64,000 nucleotides of DNA, taken from the NCBI GenBank assembly GCA_019358935.1, contig JAHHIK010000016.1, forward strand, positions 1 to 64,000, given 5' to 3'. The notes under the pieces are model-generated. The model was given only the letters and a program-made list of their open reading frames with translations. It was not told where the DNA came from and did no database searches. Made by a program: the position numbers and the translations under genes. Positions 19,332-30,241 of the stretch are shown piece by piece. The number at the start of each line of letters is the position of its first letter. The stretch's first letter is position 1. This DNA comes from Tolypothrix carrinoi HA7290-LM1 (lineage in GTDB: Bacteria > Cyanobacteriota > Cyanobacteriia > Cyanobacteriales > Nostocaceae).

Positions 19332-19964
19332 ATGAAACTTGACTCATCATTATTTTGTCAGTGGCAGCACACACTCTCTGGTTTTGAAGTAGACCAAGTA
19401 GCGGCACAGAAAGCATTTAATCTTTTAGTTGAGGCTTACTCTAGTAGCGATCGCTATTACCATACGCTCAAACACATTTACCACGTTCTCAAAATTATTG
19501 ACAATTTGCAAGCTTATACCAGAAACCTAGCTGCGGTTCAACTTGCTGCCTGGTTTCACGATGTAGTTTATGACACTAAAGCTCAAAATAATGAAGAAAG
19601 AAGTGCTGCGGTGGCTTGTGAATTGCTGAGTAGTTTGGGCATTCCTCTTAGTAATGTTACTGCTGTAACTCGTCTGATTATAAATACCAAAAACCATCAA
19701 GCTGCGGCAGATGACTTTGATAGTCAAGTTTTACTTGATGCTGATTTGGCAATTTTGGCTGCTAACCCAGTCCAATATCGAGAATACGCTCTTTACATTC
19801 GTCAGGAATATGCTTGGGTGTCAGAAGCAGAATATATTGTTGGTCGCGCTCATGTTTTAGAGAGATTTTTGCAGCGTCAGCGTATTTACTTTACAACTTT
19901 GATGTTTGAGGTTGGGGAAAAAGCTGCTCGTCGCAATCTCAATGCAGAAATTCAATCTTTATAG
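19332..19964 (+). CDS. HD-superfamily metal-dependent phosphohydrolase
   Basis: RYYHTLKH, AAWFHDVVYD and LLDADLAIL motifs. Confidence 0.88.
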   Translation: MKLDSSLFCQWQHTLSGFEVDQVAAQKAFNLLVEAYSSSDRYYHTLKHIYHVLKIIDNLQAYTRNLAAVQLAAWFHDVVYDTKAQNNEERSAAVACELLSSLGIPLSNVTAVTRLIINTKNHQAAADDFDSQVLLDADLAILAANPVQYREYALYIRQEYAWVSEAEYIVGRAHVLERFLQRQRIYFTTLMFEVGEKAARRNLNAEIQSL

Positions 19965-20010
19965 CTGAATAATTTTAGTAACTTTAATTTCTGCTAATGT
20001 ACAAATAAAA

Positions 20011-20205
20011 GAAGCTGGAATTTTAGATGACTGGATTGTTAACTTAAATGCTCGTCAATTAGAACGTTACAATCAGCCATATCAAAATGCTGAAGGCGAA
20101 TTTAATTATTTGAGCAAGCAAATTTCTCTACCTAATCAGTCAGTTGCAATTCCTGGGTTTGAAGATACTTTATTAGACTTGAGTCGGATTTTTCCGGCTT
20201 TGTGA
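20011..20205 (+). pseudogene. C-terminal remnant of a Uma2 (DUF820) endonuclease
   Basis: EAGILDDWIVNLNARQLERYNQP..LDLSRIFPAL*, with no start or N-terminal part. Confidence 0.7.
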
Positions 20206-20253
20206 TTTGGGTTAGGGCGATCGCACCAACCCAAAACTTCACGCTTGTTCTTG

Positions 20254-20532
20254 TTAAGCGGTTTGCTTGTTGCTAGCATTCTCGATATGGCGACGTAATA
20301 CTGAGTTGATGAGTGTTTTGTATTCTCCACCCTGTGCTTGAAACCAAGCTATGACATCTGGATCGAGTTTAACCAAATTTTTACCTTGAGCAGATGGGAC
20401 TCTTAACACTGCTTTCTCAAAAAAATCGTCCGTCAATGGTGGAATATCAGAGTAGTCAATATCATCATCTGACATTGATTCTAATGCTGTCCAATTAGTA
20501 CGAGAGGTATTTCTCAAATCGTTGTCGTTCAT
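20254..20532 (-). CDS. brnA: BrnA family antitoxin
   Basis: DIDYSDIPPL..VKLDPDVIAWFQAQG..YKTLINSVLR. Confidence 0.9.
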   Translation of the reverse strand: MNDNDLRNTSRTNWTALESMSDDDIDYSDIPPLTDDFFEKAVLRVPSAQGKNLVKLDPDVIAWFQAQGGEYKTLINSVLRRHIENASNKQTA

Positions 20533-20774
20533 ATCGAGAAAGCTCTTCGTGCTGATATAATTCTGATGATATCATCCTGTCGTTCTGTCCAGACAACAAC
20601 TGCTACACCGGTTCCTAAAAAGCCGATTCCAAACCAACGGTCTTCACCGTAATCAAAACGTTCGTCTAGCTCAATCAACATCGAACTGTCAAACATTTCG
20701 GGAACATCTGCGAAGTCAATTTTGTGTTTACGAATGTTTTCGAGGTTTTTCGCTTCGTCCCACTCAAACTGCAT
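20495..20774 (-). pseudogene. brnT: BrnT family toxin, frameshifted near the C-terminus
   Basis: FEWDEAKN..KHKIDF..RIISARRA. The expected tail RYERQRFEKYLSY* lies in the +1 frame. Confidence 0.75.
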
Positions 20775-20934
20775 GAAGCTCTAAGAGATGCTAACTGGGT
20801 TATCTTTATATTTTACAAGGGCGATCGCTCGAACTCGATATCTAAGAAAAAGTGATCGCGCACTCGCCAAAATTTGAATAAGTGCGATCGCTTTAACACT
20901 GAGTTATCACTTTCATCCCAGAGAAAGCAAATTT

Positions 20935-21516
20935 TTAGGTGGTGAAATATTTCTCCAGCTTAAATTCATCTTTGTTAAGAGCATATATTAAAACCTCTTG
21001 ACCATGACCTTCATAAACGAATCTATTCTCTAGTTTCAAGCCAGCTTTTTCCAGAACTCGAATCGAAGCTACGTTTGCAGCCAAAGCAACGGACACAACA
21101 CGCTGCGTTCCCAACTCAGAGAAGCCCTTAAAAATCAGTGCTTTAGACCCTTCGGTTGCATAACCTTTCCCCCAAGCGGCTTTTTGCAAGCGGTATCCTA
21201 TCTCAACGTCACTCTCGTTTGAAAATACAGAATTGAAGTAAGATGCGTGTACTGCGGGTCTAAAGTAGAACCAACCAATGAATGCTTGGCTCGACTTTTC
21301 AATCGTTGCCCAAACTCCATAATTATCGTATTGTTCGTAGTATGCAAAAAATCTAGGTAAAAGTTGGGTTTGAATGACTGTGTAGTTCTTTGGTTTACCT
21401 GCATCTGGTGTAAAACGGATGACTTCAGGATCGCTGTCTAACTCAAACAAGTTATTAGCATCATATTCTGTAAATTGCCGCAGAATCAATCGCTCCGTTT
21501 CTAAGAAAATCTTCAT
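20935..21516 (-). CDS. GNAT family N-acetyltransferase (RimJ/RimL-like)
   Basis: LETERLILR, WGKGYATE and ASIRVLEKAG motifs. Confidence 0.9.
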   Translation of the reverse strand: MKIFLETERLILRQFTEYDANNLFELDSDPEVIRFTPDAGKPKNYTVIQTQLLPRFFAYYEQYDNYGVWATIEKSSQAFIGWFYFRPAVHASYFNSVFSNESDVEIGYRLQKAAWGKGYATEGSKALIFKGFSELGTQRVVSVALAANVASIRVLEKAGLKLENRFVYEGHGQEVLIYALNKDEFKLEKYFTT

Positions 21517-21550
21517 ACATTTCTAATTGATTTATTGCTTGCATCTGACC

Positions 21551-21649
21551 AAAAAAAACTACTGGGTCTAGTCTCCACTTAACGCAACTTTCAGCTAACA
21601 GAAAAACTATCAGCTAATTGTCGTATCAACACGGAAACCAGACCCAGTA
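21551..21649 (-). terminator. Putative terminator stem-loop after the cpc operon
   Basis: tactgggtct / agacccagta IR followed by a T-run on the minus strand. Confidence 0.5.
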
Positions 21650-21678
21650 TAAAATTTTAGGTATTTCTAGTTGAAATC

Positions 21679-22443
21679 CTAGCGTCTACCACGAGATGGC
21701 ACGAGGCTGAGAAAATCGCCGAGGTCAAAAGCAGAAACCTTTTGCGCGTAATTACCTGAAGCATCTAGAGATGCTGCCATATCCGCATATTTGCGGGGGT
21801 CGCCTTCTGCCAAGCGGCGTTCTTTGGACTTGCTGCTGTAGTATTTGTCCAGGGTGAAGCGCCAGTCTGTTTGAACGGTGCCTTCTCTTTCTTGGAAGTC
21901 TTCGCCGTAGCGAGGAGTTACCAAGTTGTAGGGGCGTCCTTCCATGCGCTTGCGTTGGTAAGGCACGGTGTTTTCGCCAAATGCGCTGGTGTACTCTTCA
22001 CTGTCAACTAAGGCATCAACAAAGCCACCCCATCCAAGGGTTGCTATTTTGATTGACCAAGCAATTTCTTCTTCTTTGTTATAAGAAGAACGACCTAACA
22101 ACCGCTTGAGAGAGATATCTACTAAGCGATAGTTGTTGTTAACTGAGACAACCAAACGGTAGAAAGCCTCGGATTTGGCTAAACCACGGATGAAGTCGCG
22201 TACAGTTAGCGAGCCATTTTTCAGTTGAGATTCGAGATTTTTCTGGCGGTTAAACCTGAGAATCTCATGTTCGCTGAAAACTTGGCGATAGCCCGCCCAA
22301 ATGATATTTTCCATGTCAGTATAGCTGCTGACATCTTCTATTCTGTAGATATATGGTGTTTCTTCATCAAGGTCAGCTTTGCCAAAGCTTTTGACTCGTT
22401 GATTTTGACTGCTGGGTTTGTATTGAAGTAATGGCAGTGCCAT
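21679..22443 (-). CDS. cpcG4: Phycobilisome rod-core linker (CpcG4 type)
   Basis: [29 protein letters not shown] linker domain. Confidence 0.85.
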   Translation of the reverse strand: MALPLLQYKPSSQNQRVKSFGKADLDEETPYIYRIEDVSSYTDMENIIWAGYRQVFSEHEILRFNRQKNLESQLKNGSLTVRDFIRGLAKSEAFYRLVVSVNNNYRLVDISLKRLLGRSSYNKEEEIAWSIKIATLGWGGFVDALVDSEEYTSAFGENTVPYQRKRMEGRPYNLVTPRYGEDFQEREGTVQTDWRFTLDKYYSSKSKERRLAEGDPRKYADMAASLDASGNYAQKVSAFDLGDFLSLVPSRGRR

Positions 22444-22599
22444 GCTGCAATCTTCCTCGTAATTTATTAATGAATTAAACGTTATTGCAAGAGAAACTGA
22501 AAACTGAAAGAGGCTTGATTGCTCAAAATCCTCATTCTTTATTTATTGTCCCTTATTTGGATTTGAGATTTGGGATTTTAGATTTAATCTCAAATCGAT

Positions 22600-23343
22600 T
22601 TACCGCACGGGAAAACTAGCGCTGGGACTAACAGAAACGGGAATACCTTGGGGCTTAGTATTCTTTGTCATGTCGGGAATTTGGATACTGGCAGTGCTAA
22701 CTGGTGTATAGTTAACTGTCCTAATCTGAATTCCACTCGCCATGTCTAGGAAATTACTGATATCGCCAGACTTGTAACGCTCAGTTTCTTCCTTATCGCG
22801 CCAGTAATTACCGTAGCGAGGTGTCACCAAGTTAAAGGGTCTGTCTTTGAAGCGGCGCCGTTGATAGGGAACTGTATTCTCGCCAAAGTTGGTTATATAC
22901 TCTTCGCTATCTACCAATGCATCGACAAAGCCACCCCAACCGAGGGTTGCTATCTTGATTGACCAAGCGATTTCTTCGTCTTTATTATAAGACGTGCGCC
23001 CCAAAAGCCGTTTGAGACAAACTTCGACGATGCGGTAGTTAGAGTTTGTCTCTACTACCAAACGCCGAAACGCTTCTGACTTTGCCAAACCTCGGATGAA
23101 GTCGCGCACGGTAATTGCGCGGTTCTTCAACTGAGATTCGAGATTTTTCTGGCGGTGAAATTTCAGGGTTTCGTGTTCGCTGAAAATCTGCCGATAAGCA
23201 GCCCAAATTAATTCTTGGATTTCGCCATCATAACCACAGTCTTCTGCGCGGTAAGTTCTGGGGGTGTCTTCGTTACCGACTTCGTAACCGGCTACGCGCT
23301 GGTTTTGAGAACTGGGTTTGTATTGTAGTAAAGGGATTGACAT
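22600..23343 (-). CDS. cpcG2: Phycobilisome rod-core linker
   Basis: PBS linker domain, second cpcG in the operon. Confidence 0.85.
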   Translation of the reverse strand: MSIPLLQYKPSSQNQRVAGYEVGNEDTPRTYRAEDCGYDGEIQELIWAAYRQIFSEHETLKFHRQKNLESQLKNRAITVRDFIRGLAKSEAFRRLVVETNSNYRIVEVCLKRLLGRTSYNKDEEIAWSIKIATLGWGGFVDALVDSEEYITNFGENTVPYQRRRFKDRPFNLVTPRYGNYWRDKEETERYKSGDISNFLDMASGIQIRTVNYTPVSTASIQIPDMTKNTKPQGIPVSVSPSASFPVR

Positions 23344-23355
23344 TGGTATTTGTCT

Positions 23356-23605
23356 TGTTGTTGGTTGTTGGTTGTTAGTTGTTGGTTGTTAGTTGTTGGT
23401 TGTTGGTGAACCACTGCGTTGCGGAGCCAGTGCTGTGCGGAGGTCACGAACGTTGAGGCACCTGGCGTGGGGTTCCCCCCGTTGTAGCAAGTGGTGAACC
23501 CGAAGGGTTGTTGATTGCTAGTTGTTGGTTGTTGGTTGTTGGTTGTTGGTTGCTAACCACTATCTACTATCTACTAACCACTAACCACTAACCACTAACC
23601 ATTAC
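23356..23605. repeat. STRR tracts (GTTGTTG/ACTAACC) flanking a nested small dispersed repeat
   Basis: Heptamer tracts around a 23410-23507 element homologous to 38304-38390 and 54942-54986. Confidence 0.8.
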
Positions 23606-23613
23606 CCCATTTC

Positions 23614-24447
23614 CTAGGTTGTTTTGTTTCCTGGGATGTAACGGTAAGGTAAAGCAACTTCCGTAGGTTTGACGGTAGCTTCTGTAACTTGTTTTGATGT
23701 CTCAGGCAGCTTGACACCGGAGATGTAATTTCTGGCGCGATCGCTCGATCGCTGGTAGTTCATCCCGCCTGGTGATATACTCGCTGCCATTGACAAGAAT
23801 GTGTCCGGAATCGCTTCCCGAACTCCGCGTTGTACAGATTCTCCTGTGCGTACCGCTTGATAAAAGGTACGTCCTTGTAAGTATTGTCCCAATAGGCGAT
23901 TGCGATAATCTGCATCGTACCGGGGGTTAACTAAGTTGAAGGGTCTATCTTTGAAGCGGCGGCGTTGGAAGGGTACAATGTCGTTGCCAAAGTTGCTTAG
24001 ATACTCTTCGGAGTCAAGCAAGGTGTCGATGAAACCGTGCAAGCCTTTGGTGGCAATTATAATTGACCATGCAATTTCTTCGTCTTTGCCGTAGCTAGCA
24101 CGTCCTAAAAACCGCTTTAAGGTGATGTCAACTAGGCGGTAGTTAGAGTTGGTTTCTCCTACTAGTTCCCAGTAAACTTCAGTTTTACCCAATCCGCGAA
24201 TGAAATCCCGAACGGTAATCGCTCGATTTCGCAGTTGTGATTCTAAAAAGGGTTGGCGATGTCTTTTTAAAATTAAGTGTTCGCTGAAGATTTGCCGATA
24301 TCCTGCCCAAATTATGGCATCAATATCTGGAACTTCAGAGGTTGGTGTTAACCGATAAGGTTGTGGGGTGTCTTCGCTGGGTACTTCGTATCCTTCAACA
24401 CGCTGATTTTGCGAGTTGGGAGTATATCCAAGTAGTGGGATTGACAT
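23614..24447 (-). CDS. cpcG1: Phycobilisome rod-core linker
   Basis: PBS linker domain, C-terminal VALPYRYIP. Confidence 0.88.
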   Translation of the reverse strand: MSIPLLGYTPNSQNQRVEGYEVPSEDTPQPYRLTPTSEVPDIDAIIWAGYRQIFSEHLILKRHRQPFLESQLRNRAITVRDFIRGLGKTEVYWELVGETNSNYRLVDITLKRFLGRASYGKDEEIAWSIIIATKGLHGFIDTLLDSEEYLSNFGNDIVPFQRRRFKDRPFNLVNPRYDADYRNRLLGQYLQGRTFYQAVRTGESVQRGVREAIPDTFLSMAASISPGGMNYQRSSDRARNYISGVKLPETSKQVTEATVKPTEVALPYRYIPGNKTT

Positions 24448-24501
24448 CTTGACTTTTGCCTTTTTTTATGATATAAATCCATGACGCGATAAATCGTGTC
24501 T

Positions 24502-25107
24502 CTAGACTGCTAATTGCGCTAGTTGTACGCGGGCACAAACTGCTTTCTGGGTGTCGCTGATAAGCATTTCTTTGAATCTAGCCTGAATGGGCGATCGCAA
24601 ATCAGGAATTTTCGCCAATGCTTGCAACCCGACGACAGCAGCATAACGAATTGACCAGTCTGAGTCAGTAGAAATATTGAGTAATGTTTCCAAACATCGA
24701 GACAGGGCAGATGCGCGATCTTTATCGTTCAGTTTATGCCAGTGTAAGTTTCCTAGCCCTTTGGCAGCGGCACGGCGGACACTTGGGGCAAAGTCGGTGG
24801 CAGCAGCGGTGAGTAATATTTCTATGGCGCGGGGGTCTGCGATCGCACTCAAAGCACGAATCGAGTAAGCCCGTGCGCCATAGTTATAATCATCAATTTG
24901 AGAGAGCAACTGTGGTACTGCCACTTCCCCCAATTCCACCAGTCCGGCAACTGCCGCCACTGCTGCGGTTGGGTTATTATAACCAAACACAGCAATTAAG
25001 GTAGAAATTGCCGCTTCATCTTTCGCCGCTGCTAACTTTTGCACCGCTGCCACCATCAAGGCAGGTGAATCAGCCGACTCGACGGCGCGAATTAGTTCTT
25101 TAGTCAT
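24502..25107 (-). CDS. cpcF: Phycocyanin alpha-subunit PCB lyase subunit F
   Basis: HEAT repeats with YNYGARAY and DFAPSVRRAAA, downstream of cpcE. Confidence 0.93.
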   Translation of the reverse strand: MTKELIRAVESADSPALMVAAVQKLAAAKDEAAISTLIAVFGYNNPTAAVAAVAGLVELGEVAVPQLLSQIDDYNYGARAYSIRALSAIADPRAIEILLTAAATDFAPSVRRAAAKGLGNLHWHKLNDKDRASALSRCLETLLNISTDSDWSIRYAAVVGLQALAKIPDLRSPIQARFKEMLISDTQKAVCARVQLAQLAV

Positions 25108-25117
25108 TGGTAAGAGT

Positions 25118-25243
25118 GTTAGGTGTTAGTTGTTAGTTGTTAGTTGTTAGTTGTTAGTTGTTGGTTTTTGACCACTAACACTTAACCAATAACTACTAAC
25201 ACTTAACCACTAACCACTAACACTTAACCACTAACCAATAACT
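25118..25243. repeat. STRR heptamer tracts (GTTAGTT/ACTAACC)
   Basis: Tandem heptamers in inverted arrangement. Confidence 0.85.
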
Positions 25244-26066
25244 ACAACAGCGCATCCATCAGGTTCATTACGCGGATGGTATCCTCTGAAAGGGAAACAT
25301 CTAATGATGGAAGTTGATGCTCTAACAATCCTTTGAGGGCGATGAGTTTGAAGCTATTTTCAACTTTTGCCTGAGCGATCGCATCTGCTGCTGCTAGATA
25401 TCCGATTGCACCCAAATCCCCTAATGCAACGCGGCGCAATTTCAGATCGTCACTGTCCAACACTTTCACTAAGCGATCGCCATAACTGGCATCTTGTGTT
25501 AGTTGGTACATTGCTCTGGTTGCGGCGCATTGCACTCGTGGTAGTGGATGCTCTAGGAACGGTTGAATTAGAGAAATAGCTTCTTTTGCCCCAATCGCTC
25601 CCAAAGCTTCTAATACCGCTTCGTAGGGTTGGACTAAGTGCGGGCGTCCGGGTACTTGGACGGCTGCGGCAACACCCCCTTCTAATAGTTTTGCCAGTGC
25701 TGGGGCGGCAACTGGATCGCGCAACATTTCCAGAGACTGGGCAGATGCTTCGCGCACGTAGAAGTCGGAGCATTCCAAGCACTTAATTAAGCCATCAACG
25801 GCTTGTGTATCGCCTAATTTCCCCAACGCTCTTGCTGCGTTGCGTCGTAGAGGATAGCCTCCGAGTTCTGTTCTGTCGGCTTCATCCTCTAACGCTGCAA
25901 TTAAAGCATTTACAGCAGAAGAGGAATTAACGCGGAATTTGCCCAGCCACCAAGCAGCGTAATAGCGAAGACTTATATCTGGTGATGTCAGATTGGCGAT
26001 CGCTTGCTCTTCATTTAGCGGTGGTGCGTTTTCTGGTATATATTCTTCCGCGTCATTTTCTCTCAT
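25242..26066 (-). CDS. cpcE: Phycocyanin alpha-subunit PCB lyase subunit E
   Basis: RYYAAWWLG and GGYPLRRNAARALG motifs. Confidence 0.95.
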   Translation of the reverse strand: MRENDAEEYIPENAPPLNEEQAIANLTSPDISLRYYAAWWLGKFRVNSSSAVNALIAALEDEADRTELGGYPLRRNAARALGKLGDTQAVDGLIKCLECSDFYVREASAQSLEMLRDPVAAPALAKLLEGGVAAAVQVPGRPHLVQPYEAVLEALGAIGAKEAISLIQPFLEHPLPRVQCAATRAMYQLTQDASYGDRLVKVLDSDDLKLRRVALGDLGAIGYLAAADAIAQAKVENSFKLIALKGLLEHQLPSLDVSLSEDTIRVMNLMDALL

Positions 26067-26077
26067 TGCCGTCGTCG

Positions 26078-26353
26078 TTAGTTTTGCCCTTGAGATTCGC
26101 TATCTGGCTTCAGTGCTGATTCAGCAGTCAACGGCTCAATTTTGACAATTGTGCCGCCCATGCGGGTAATCCGCTGCATTTCTTCGTTCATCCGGTTGTA
26201 TGGAACTGTGACATACACGCTGCCACTGTTACGGATTTCATAGTTATTTTTGTCGTTTTCGGAATTTTGCCGCAAGCCTGTGACTTCGTAACGGAACATC
26301 CGGCTACTTGCGCTAGAAATTCCACCAGTTCCAACTGTGGTTTGACCGAACAT
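26078..26353 (-). CDS. cpcD: Rod-capping linker
   Basis: MFGQTT..VPYNRMNEEMQRITRMGG. Confidence 0.95.
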   Translation of the reverse strand: MFGQTTVGTGGISSASSRMFRYEVTGLRQNSENDKNNYEIRNSGSVYVTVPYNRMNEEMQRITRMGGTIVKIEPLTAESALKPDSESQGQN

Positions 26354-26481
26354 ATGATTAATTTCTCCTTTAATATTTTGCTAAATCATTGTTAGTTGTT
26401 AGTTGTTAGTTGTTAATTGTTAATTGTTAATTCAATTTCTTGACAACTATCTACTAACTACTAACTACTAACTACTACCAA

Positions 26482-27342
26482 TTAAGCTGGTGACACGCTG
26501 ACGATTTTGCCACCTTGCTTTTGAATTTGCTGCATCTTTTCGGAAAGCCGTTCGTAGGGTACGACGATCGCGTAGCTGCTGCGACGCACGCGGGGATACC
26601 CTGGACTTAGCTGTCCGGTGACTTCGATGCGGTAAACGCGATCGCCTACGCCAACTGCGTTACCCATATTCTTCTTGGGTGTTACATCTGCGCTGGCGCG
26701 GAAATTCCAGTTCTCGTTGCTACCTGATGGTCCGACAATTGAGGAAGCGCTATTGGTTCCTAATTCCCGTGCTAGACGAGTTTTTGTGCCTTCTACTTGC
26801 GAGGTATCGCTGTTAGCATAACCCCGGTATAACCTAAACATCCGGTTAAAGCCTACGGTTTTTTGCCCTGTTTGGGTAGCAAAGCCGCGATAGTAGGGCA
26901 CAATATTGTCGCCGAAGTTGGTTTGATATTCGGTTGAATCGATGTATGAGTCTATTTCCGCGTCGTATCCTTGGTTTTCGTAAATGTCCAAGTGATAAAC
27001 TACTTCTGACTCATCATAGGGAGCGCGACCCAACAAATGCTTGTAGTTGAGTTCGATTACTCTGGTTTGGAAACTGTTGTAGAAAAACTTTTTTTTGTAA
27101 AGTTCTGATTTAGCAACGCTACGCACAAATTCCCGCACTGTTAGGTTGCCATCTCGCAGTAGTGATTCGGCACTTTTGAGGCGTTCTGATGCCATCAAAT
27201 AGTCATTTCCTAAGACTTGCCGATAAACGGCACGAATCACTCCTTCGATGTCTTCTTTCGTGGCATAGGGACGCAGTTCTACTCGTCCTGCTTCACTAAA
27301 AGCTTCTGTTCCTAGCCTGGATGCTGCTGCTGTAATCGCCAT
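26482..27342 (-). CDS. cpcC: Phycocyanin-associated rod linker
   Basis: [11 protein letters not shown] start, linker plus CpcD-like domains. Confidence 0.95.
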   Translation of the reverse strand: MAITAAASRLGTEAFSEAGRVELRPYATKEDIEGVIRAVYRQVLGNDYLMASERLKSAESLLRDGNLTVREFVRSVAKSELYKKKFFYNSFQTRVIELNYKHLLGRAPYDESEVVYHLDIYENQGYDAEIDSYIDSTEYQTNFGDNIVPYYRGFATQTGQKTVGFNRMFRLYRGYANSDTSQVEGTKTRLARELGTNSASSIVGPSGSNENWNFRASADVTPKKNMGNAVGVGDRVYRIEVTGQLSPGYPRVRRSSYAIVVPYERLSEKMQQIQKQGGKIVSVSPA

Positions 27343-27433
27343 TTTTATTTCCCCCTTGTCGAAAGCACTACGTCGGCTGCTACTAGCAGCGTGCGTGATA
27401 AGTATTTTTTATCTATATTCCAGATAAAACGAT

Positions 27434-27493
27434 GCCCGGAGCGAGATCCAACTGCTAGGTGATTCCATCCAGCACTTGCATCCCTCTCCGGGC
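27434..27493 (-). terminator. Stem-loop between cpcA and cpcC (attenuating or mRNA-stabilising)
   Basis: gcccggag / ctccgggc arms just downstream of cpcA. Confidence 0.6.
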
Positions 27494-27504
27494 CCGATCG
27501 CTAT

Positions 27505-27993
27505 CTAGCTTAATGCGTTGATTGCGTAATCGATGTAGGTGTTAGCTTCGTTACCTGCTTGACCAGTCAAACCATGATTTGATTTGATGTTCTTCAGAGC
27601 TTCTACGTACCAGCTGGGGGACAAGTCGAAGGAGCGGTTGATTTCATCCAAACCAGCAATTAGGTATTCATCCATTGGACCGGTGCCACCAGCTACCAAA
27701 CAGTAGGTTACCATCCGCAGGTAGTGACCGACGTCACGGGCGCACTTGGATTTACCACGAGAATCAGCGGCGAATTGAGGACCGCTCATTTGGGTGGTGT
27801 AGGGGAACTTCTGATAAACAGCTTGAGCTGCACCATCAATCAAGCGTTGAGCGTTCGAGGTCAATCCACGAGCTGCTTCCATGCTGGCAGCAGCGCGTTC
27901 AAAACGACCGTTAACTGCTTGCAGTTCGGTGTTGCTCAAAAAACGTCCTTGGGTATCAGCTGCTGCGATCGCTTCGGTAATTGGTGTTTTCAT
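27505..27993 (-). CDS. cpcA: C-phycocyanin alpha subunit
   Basis: [19 protein letters not shown], 162 aa. Confidence 0.98.
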   Translation of the reverse strand: MKTPITEAIAAADTQGRFLSNTELQAVNGRFERAAASMEAARGLTSNAQRLIDGAAQAVYQKFPYTTQMSGPQFAADSRGKSKCARDVGHYLRMVTYCLVAGGTGPMDEYLIAGLDEINRSFDLSPSWYVEALKNIKSNHGLTGQAGNEANTYIDYAINALS

Positions 27994-28066
27994 GGTCTAT
28001 AATCTCCTTCTTTTTTCGTAGCTTTTGCCTATCAACCTAAATCTTTAGGCTTTTCAAAGTTTTTAA

Positions 28067-28585
28067 TTAAGCAACCGCAGCTGCTGCGCGATCGAAGTAG
28101 CTAGCTAATTCTGAGATCAAGCTGCTGCAATCGCCTTTGGTGATACCGTTAGGATCGTTAGCAATCTTGATTGCTGCATCCTTCATCTTTTGAACACCAA
28201 CTGCCACGGAAGAACCAGGTGTACCCAAAGCTTGGTATGTTTCGCGCAAGCCGTTCAAGCAGCGGTCATCTAACACGCTTGCATCACCAGCTAACTGAGC
28301 GTAGGTGACATAGCGTAAGATGATTTCCATATCGCGTAGGCAAGCAGCCATGCGACGGTTGGTGTAAGCGTTACCACCAGGAGCAATCAAGTTGGGCTGT
28401 TCTTCAAACAAAGAACGAGCCGCGTTGGTAACGATTGTGGAAGCATTGCTGGTGATGCGGTTGACGGTATCCAAACGGGAGTTGCCGTCTTTTACCAACT
28501 TGGTGAGTGCATCAAGTTGCTCGGTGCTTAGGAATTCTCCACGAGAATCAGCTTGAGAAACTACTTTTGCAAATGCGTCTAACAT
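28067..28585 (-). CDS. cpcB: C-phycocyanin beta subunit
   Basis: [13 protein letters not shown] and [10 protein letters not shown], 172 aa. Confidence 0.98.
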   Translation of the reverse strand: MLDAFAKVVSQADSRGEFLSTEQLDALTKLVKDGNSRLDTVNRITSNASTIVTNAARSLFEEQPNLIAPGGNAYTNRRMAACLRDMEIILRYVTYAQLAGDASVLDDRCLNGLRETYQALGTPGSSVAVGVQKMKDAAIKIANDPNGITKGDCSSLISELASYFDRAAAAVA

Positions 28586-29147
28586 GGACTGTTTTCTCCT
28601 AATTCCTTACGTTGAGTGCTGTCTTGATTAAAACTGGCAATGTTTTATCAATGCGGAACTGCTAAACAACAGACTTCAAATAAAACTGTTTCTCAACTCC
28701 TCTCACATTCCCCTTTCACTGTCTGAAAGACAAATTATGAGAACTTGGGGTGATTTTATGAGAAACCAGCAACCTTTACGAATTGATTGCCTCGTTTAAC
28801 TTTTGTCTGTTCTTTAACCCCTCCAGCTTATGTTTATACAACGCCATAGATCCATAATTTGTTACAAATTGTGAAGAAATAAGTTGCACAGATAAGAAAA
28901 GCCTCAAATCCTTTACATACAAGGGCTGCGCCTGAGAAAAAAGAAGATTTTATGTAACAAAACTTAATAAATTGGGGATGTTTATGCAAAACATTACTGT
29001 TTTAATATTTTCTTAATTTTTCCGCCAAGCCTTACGATACATATATTACAGTCTCATATAGTCTTCACGGCTCAGGGCAGATTTATTACAAAAAGTTAAA
29101 TTTACCTTTCAAAAGATTGTTGCAAATTTTTTAAATTCTTCGTCCCA

Positions 29148-29366
29148 AGGGGGGAGGGGGGGAGGGGGGGATGGGGAGAGGGGGGGATGGGGAGACAAGG
29201 GAGACAAGGAGGACAAGGGAGACAAGGAGGACAGGGAGACAAGGGGGACAGGGAGACAAGGAGACAAGGAGAATAATTCTTTCCCCCTGTCTCCCCCTCT
29301 CCCCATCCCCCCCTCTCCCCATCTCCCCCTGTCCCCCTGTCCCCCTGTCTCCCTACCCCCTACCCC
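29148..29366. repeat. G-rich/C-rich short tandem repeats (GGGGAGA, GACAAGG) in inverted arrangement
   Basis: Purine tract at 29148-29272 and complementary tract at 29281-29366. Same family at 31019-31181 and 58226-58380. Confidence 0.85.
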
Positions 29367-29989
29367 ACGCCAAGCGCTTCTAAGGCGGTTGTAATGCGAT
29401 GAAGGACAACTTTATCGGTTTCTTGGGTTAAAGCGTGTTGTAGGGCTACTAGAGCCTCTGGTGTAGCAATTTCTGCCAGAGAAACTACAGCAGCGTAACG
29501 CAGTCCCCAATCTTCGGGAGAGGACAACGCCCAAGTTAGCTTGTCCAAAGTACAGCGGATGTTTTCTGGGTTGTTAGAATTCTGCGCGATTCGTCCGAGT
29601 CCTCGTGCGGCGATGCGGCGGACATTTCCCTGACAGTGATTGGCGACTGATGTACCGATAAGTTCAGCTAATACTTCAATTGCTTCTGGGTCGCCAATTT
29701 GGGCTAAAGCCTGAATAATATGAGCTTGTAACCCCTGATCGCTAGAAGTATGAAAAGCCGCAATTAACGGTTTTACTGATGCAGGTGCTAATTGCACCAA
29801 AAGTTTAACAGCAGCAGCACCAACAGAAGGATGGTGATGACTCAAAGCTGAAATTAACGCTGCTGCTACTGATTGTTCTTTTATACCAGTAGCAGCTATG
29901 GCAGAAATTGAAGCGATCGCATCCGTTGGCGTCGAGGCGTGGTTTAATTGCAAAATCAAGCCGTCAATATCGTGATTGATTGTATTCAT
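29360..29989 (-). CDS. pecF: Phycoerythrocyanin lyase-isomerase subunit F
   Basis: NHCQGNVRR motif, HEAT repeats, position in the pec operon. Confidence 0.92.
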   Translation of the reverse strand: MNTINHDIDGLILQLNHASTPTDAIASISAIAATGIKEQSVAAALISALSHHHPSVGAAAVKLLVQLAPASVKPLIAAFHTSSDQGLQAHIIQALAQIGDPEAIEVLAELIGTSVANHCQGNVRRIAARGLGRIAQNSNNPENIRCTLDKLTWALSSPEDWGLRYAAVVSLAEIATPEALVALQHALTQETDKVVLHRITTALEALGVG

Positions 29990-30087
29990 AGTTAACTGAT
30001 ATTGGTTAGTGGATATTGGTTAATGGTTAGTGGTTACTAAAATAACCAACAAATAACAATCCCTAAGGCGTGTTTTCAAACCTTATT

Positions 30088-30190
30088 AGCCTTCAGGCTG
30101 AAGCCTGAGGCTACACGAACAAAGCCCACGAAGGTGGGCTAAAAAACTTTATTATTAGTCAGCGCAGGCGGACTTTGTTCGTATAGTCGC
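30088..30190. repeat. REP/MITE-like palindromic element
   Basis: caggctgaagcctg, agcccacgaaggtgggct and gactttgttcgtatag. Related copies at 53452-53565 and 59931-59968. Confidence 0.7.
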
Positions 30191-30241
30191 ACCCTTCCTT
30201 TCTTGTCGGGTACTCGCGAAAACACAACCTAATCGCTAATC

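Noticed and set aside
29109..29383. Low-complexity ORFs here and at 15280, 31018, 38097, 54788-55143 and 58198
   Set aside because: They are translations of STRR or MITE repeats.
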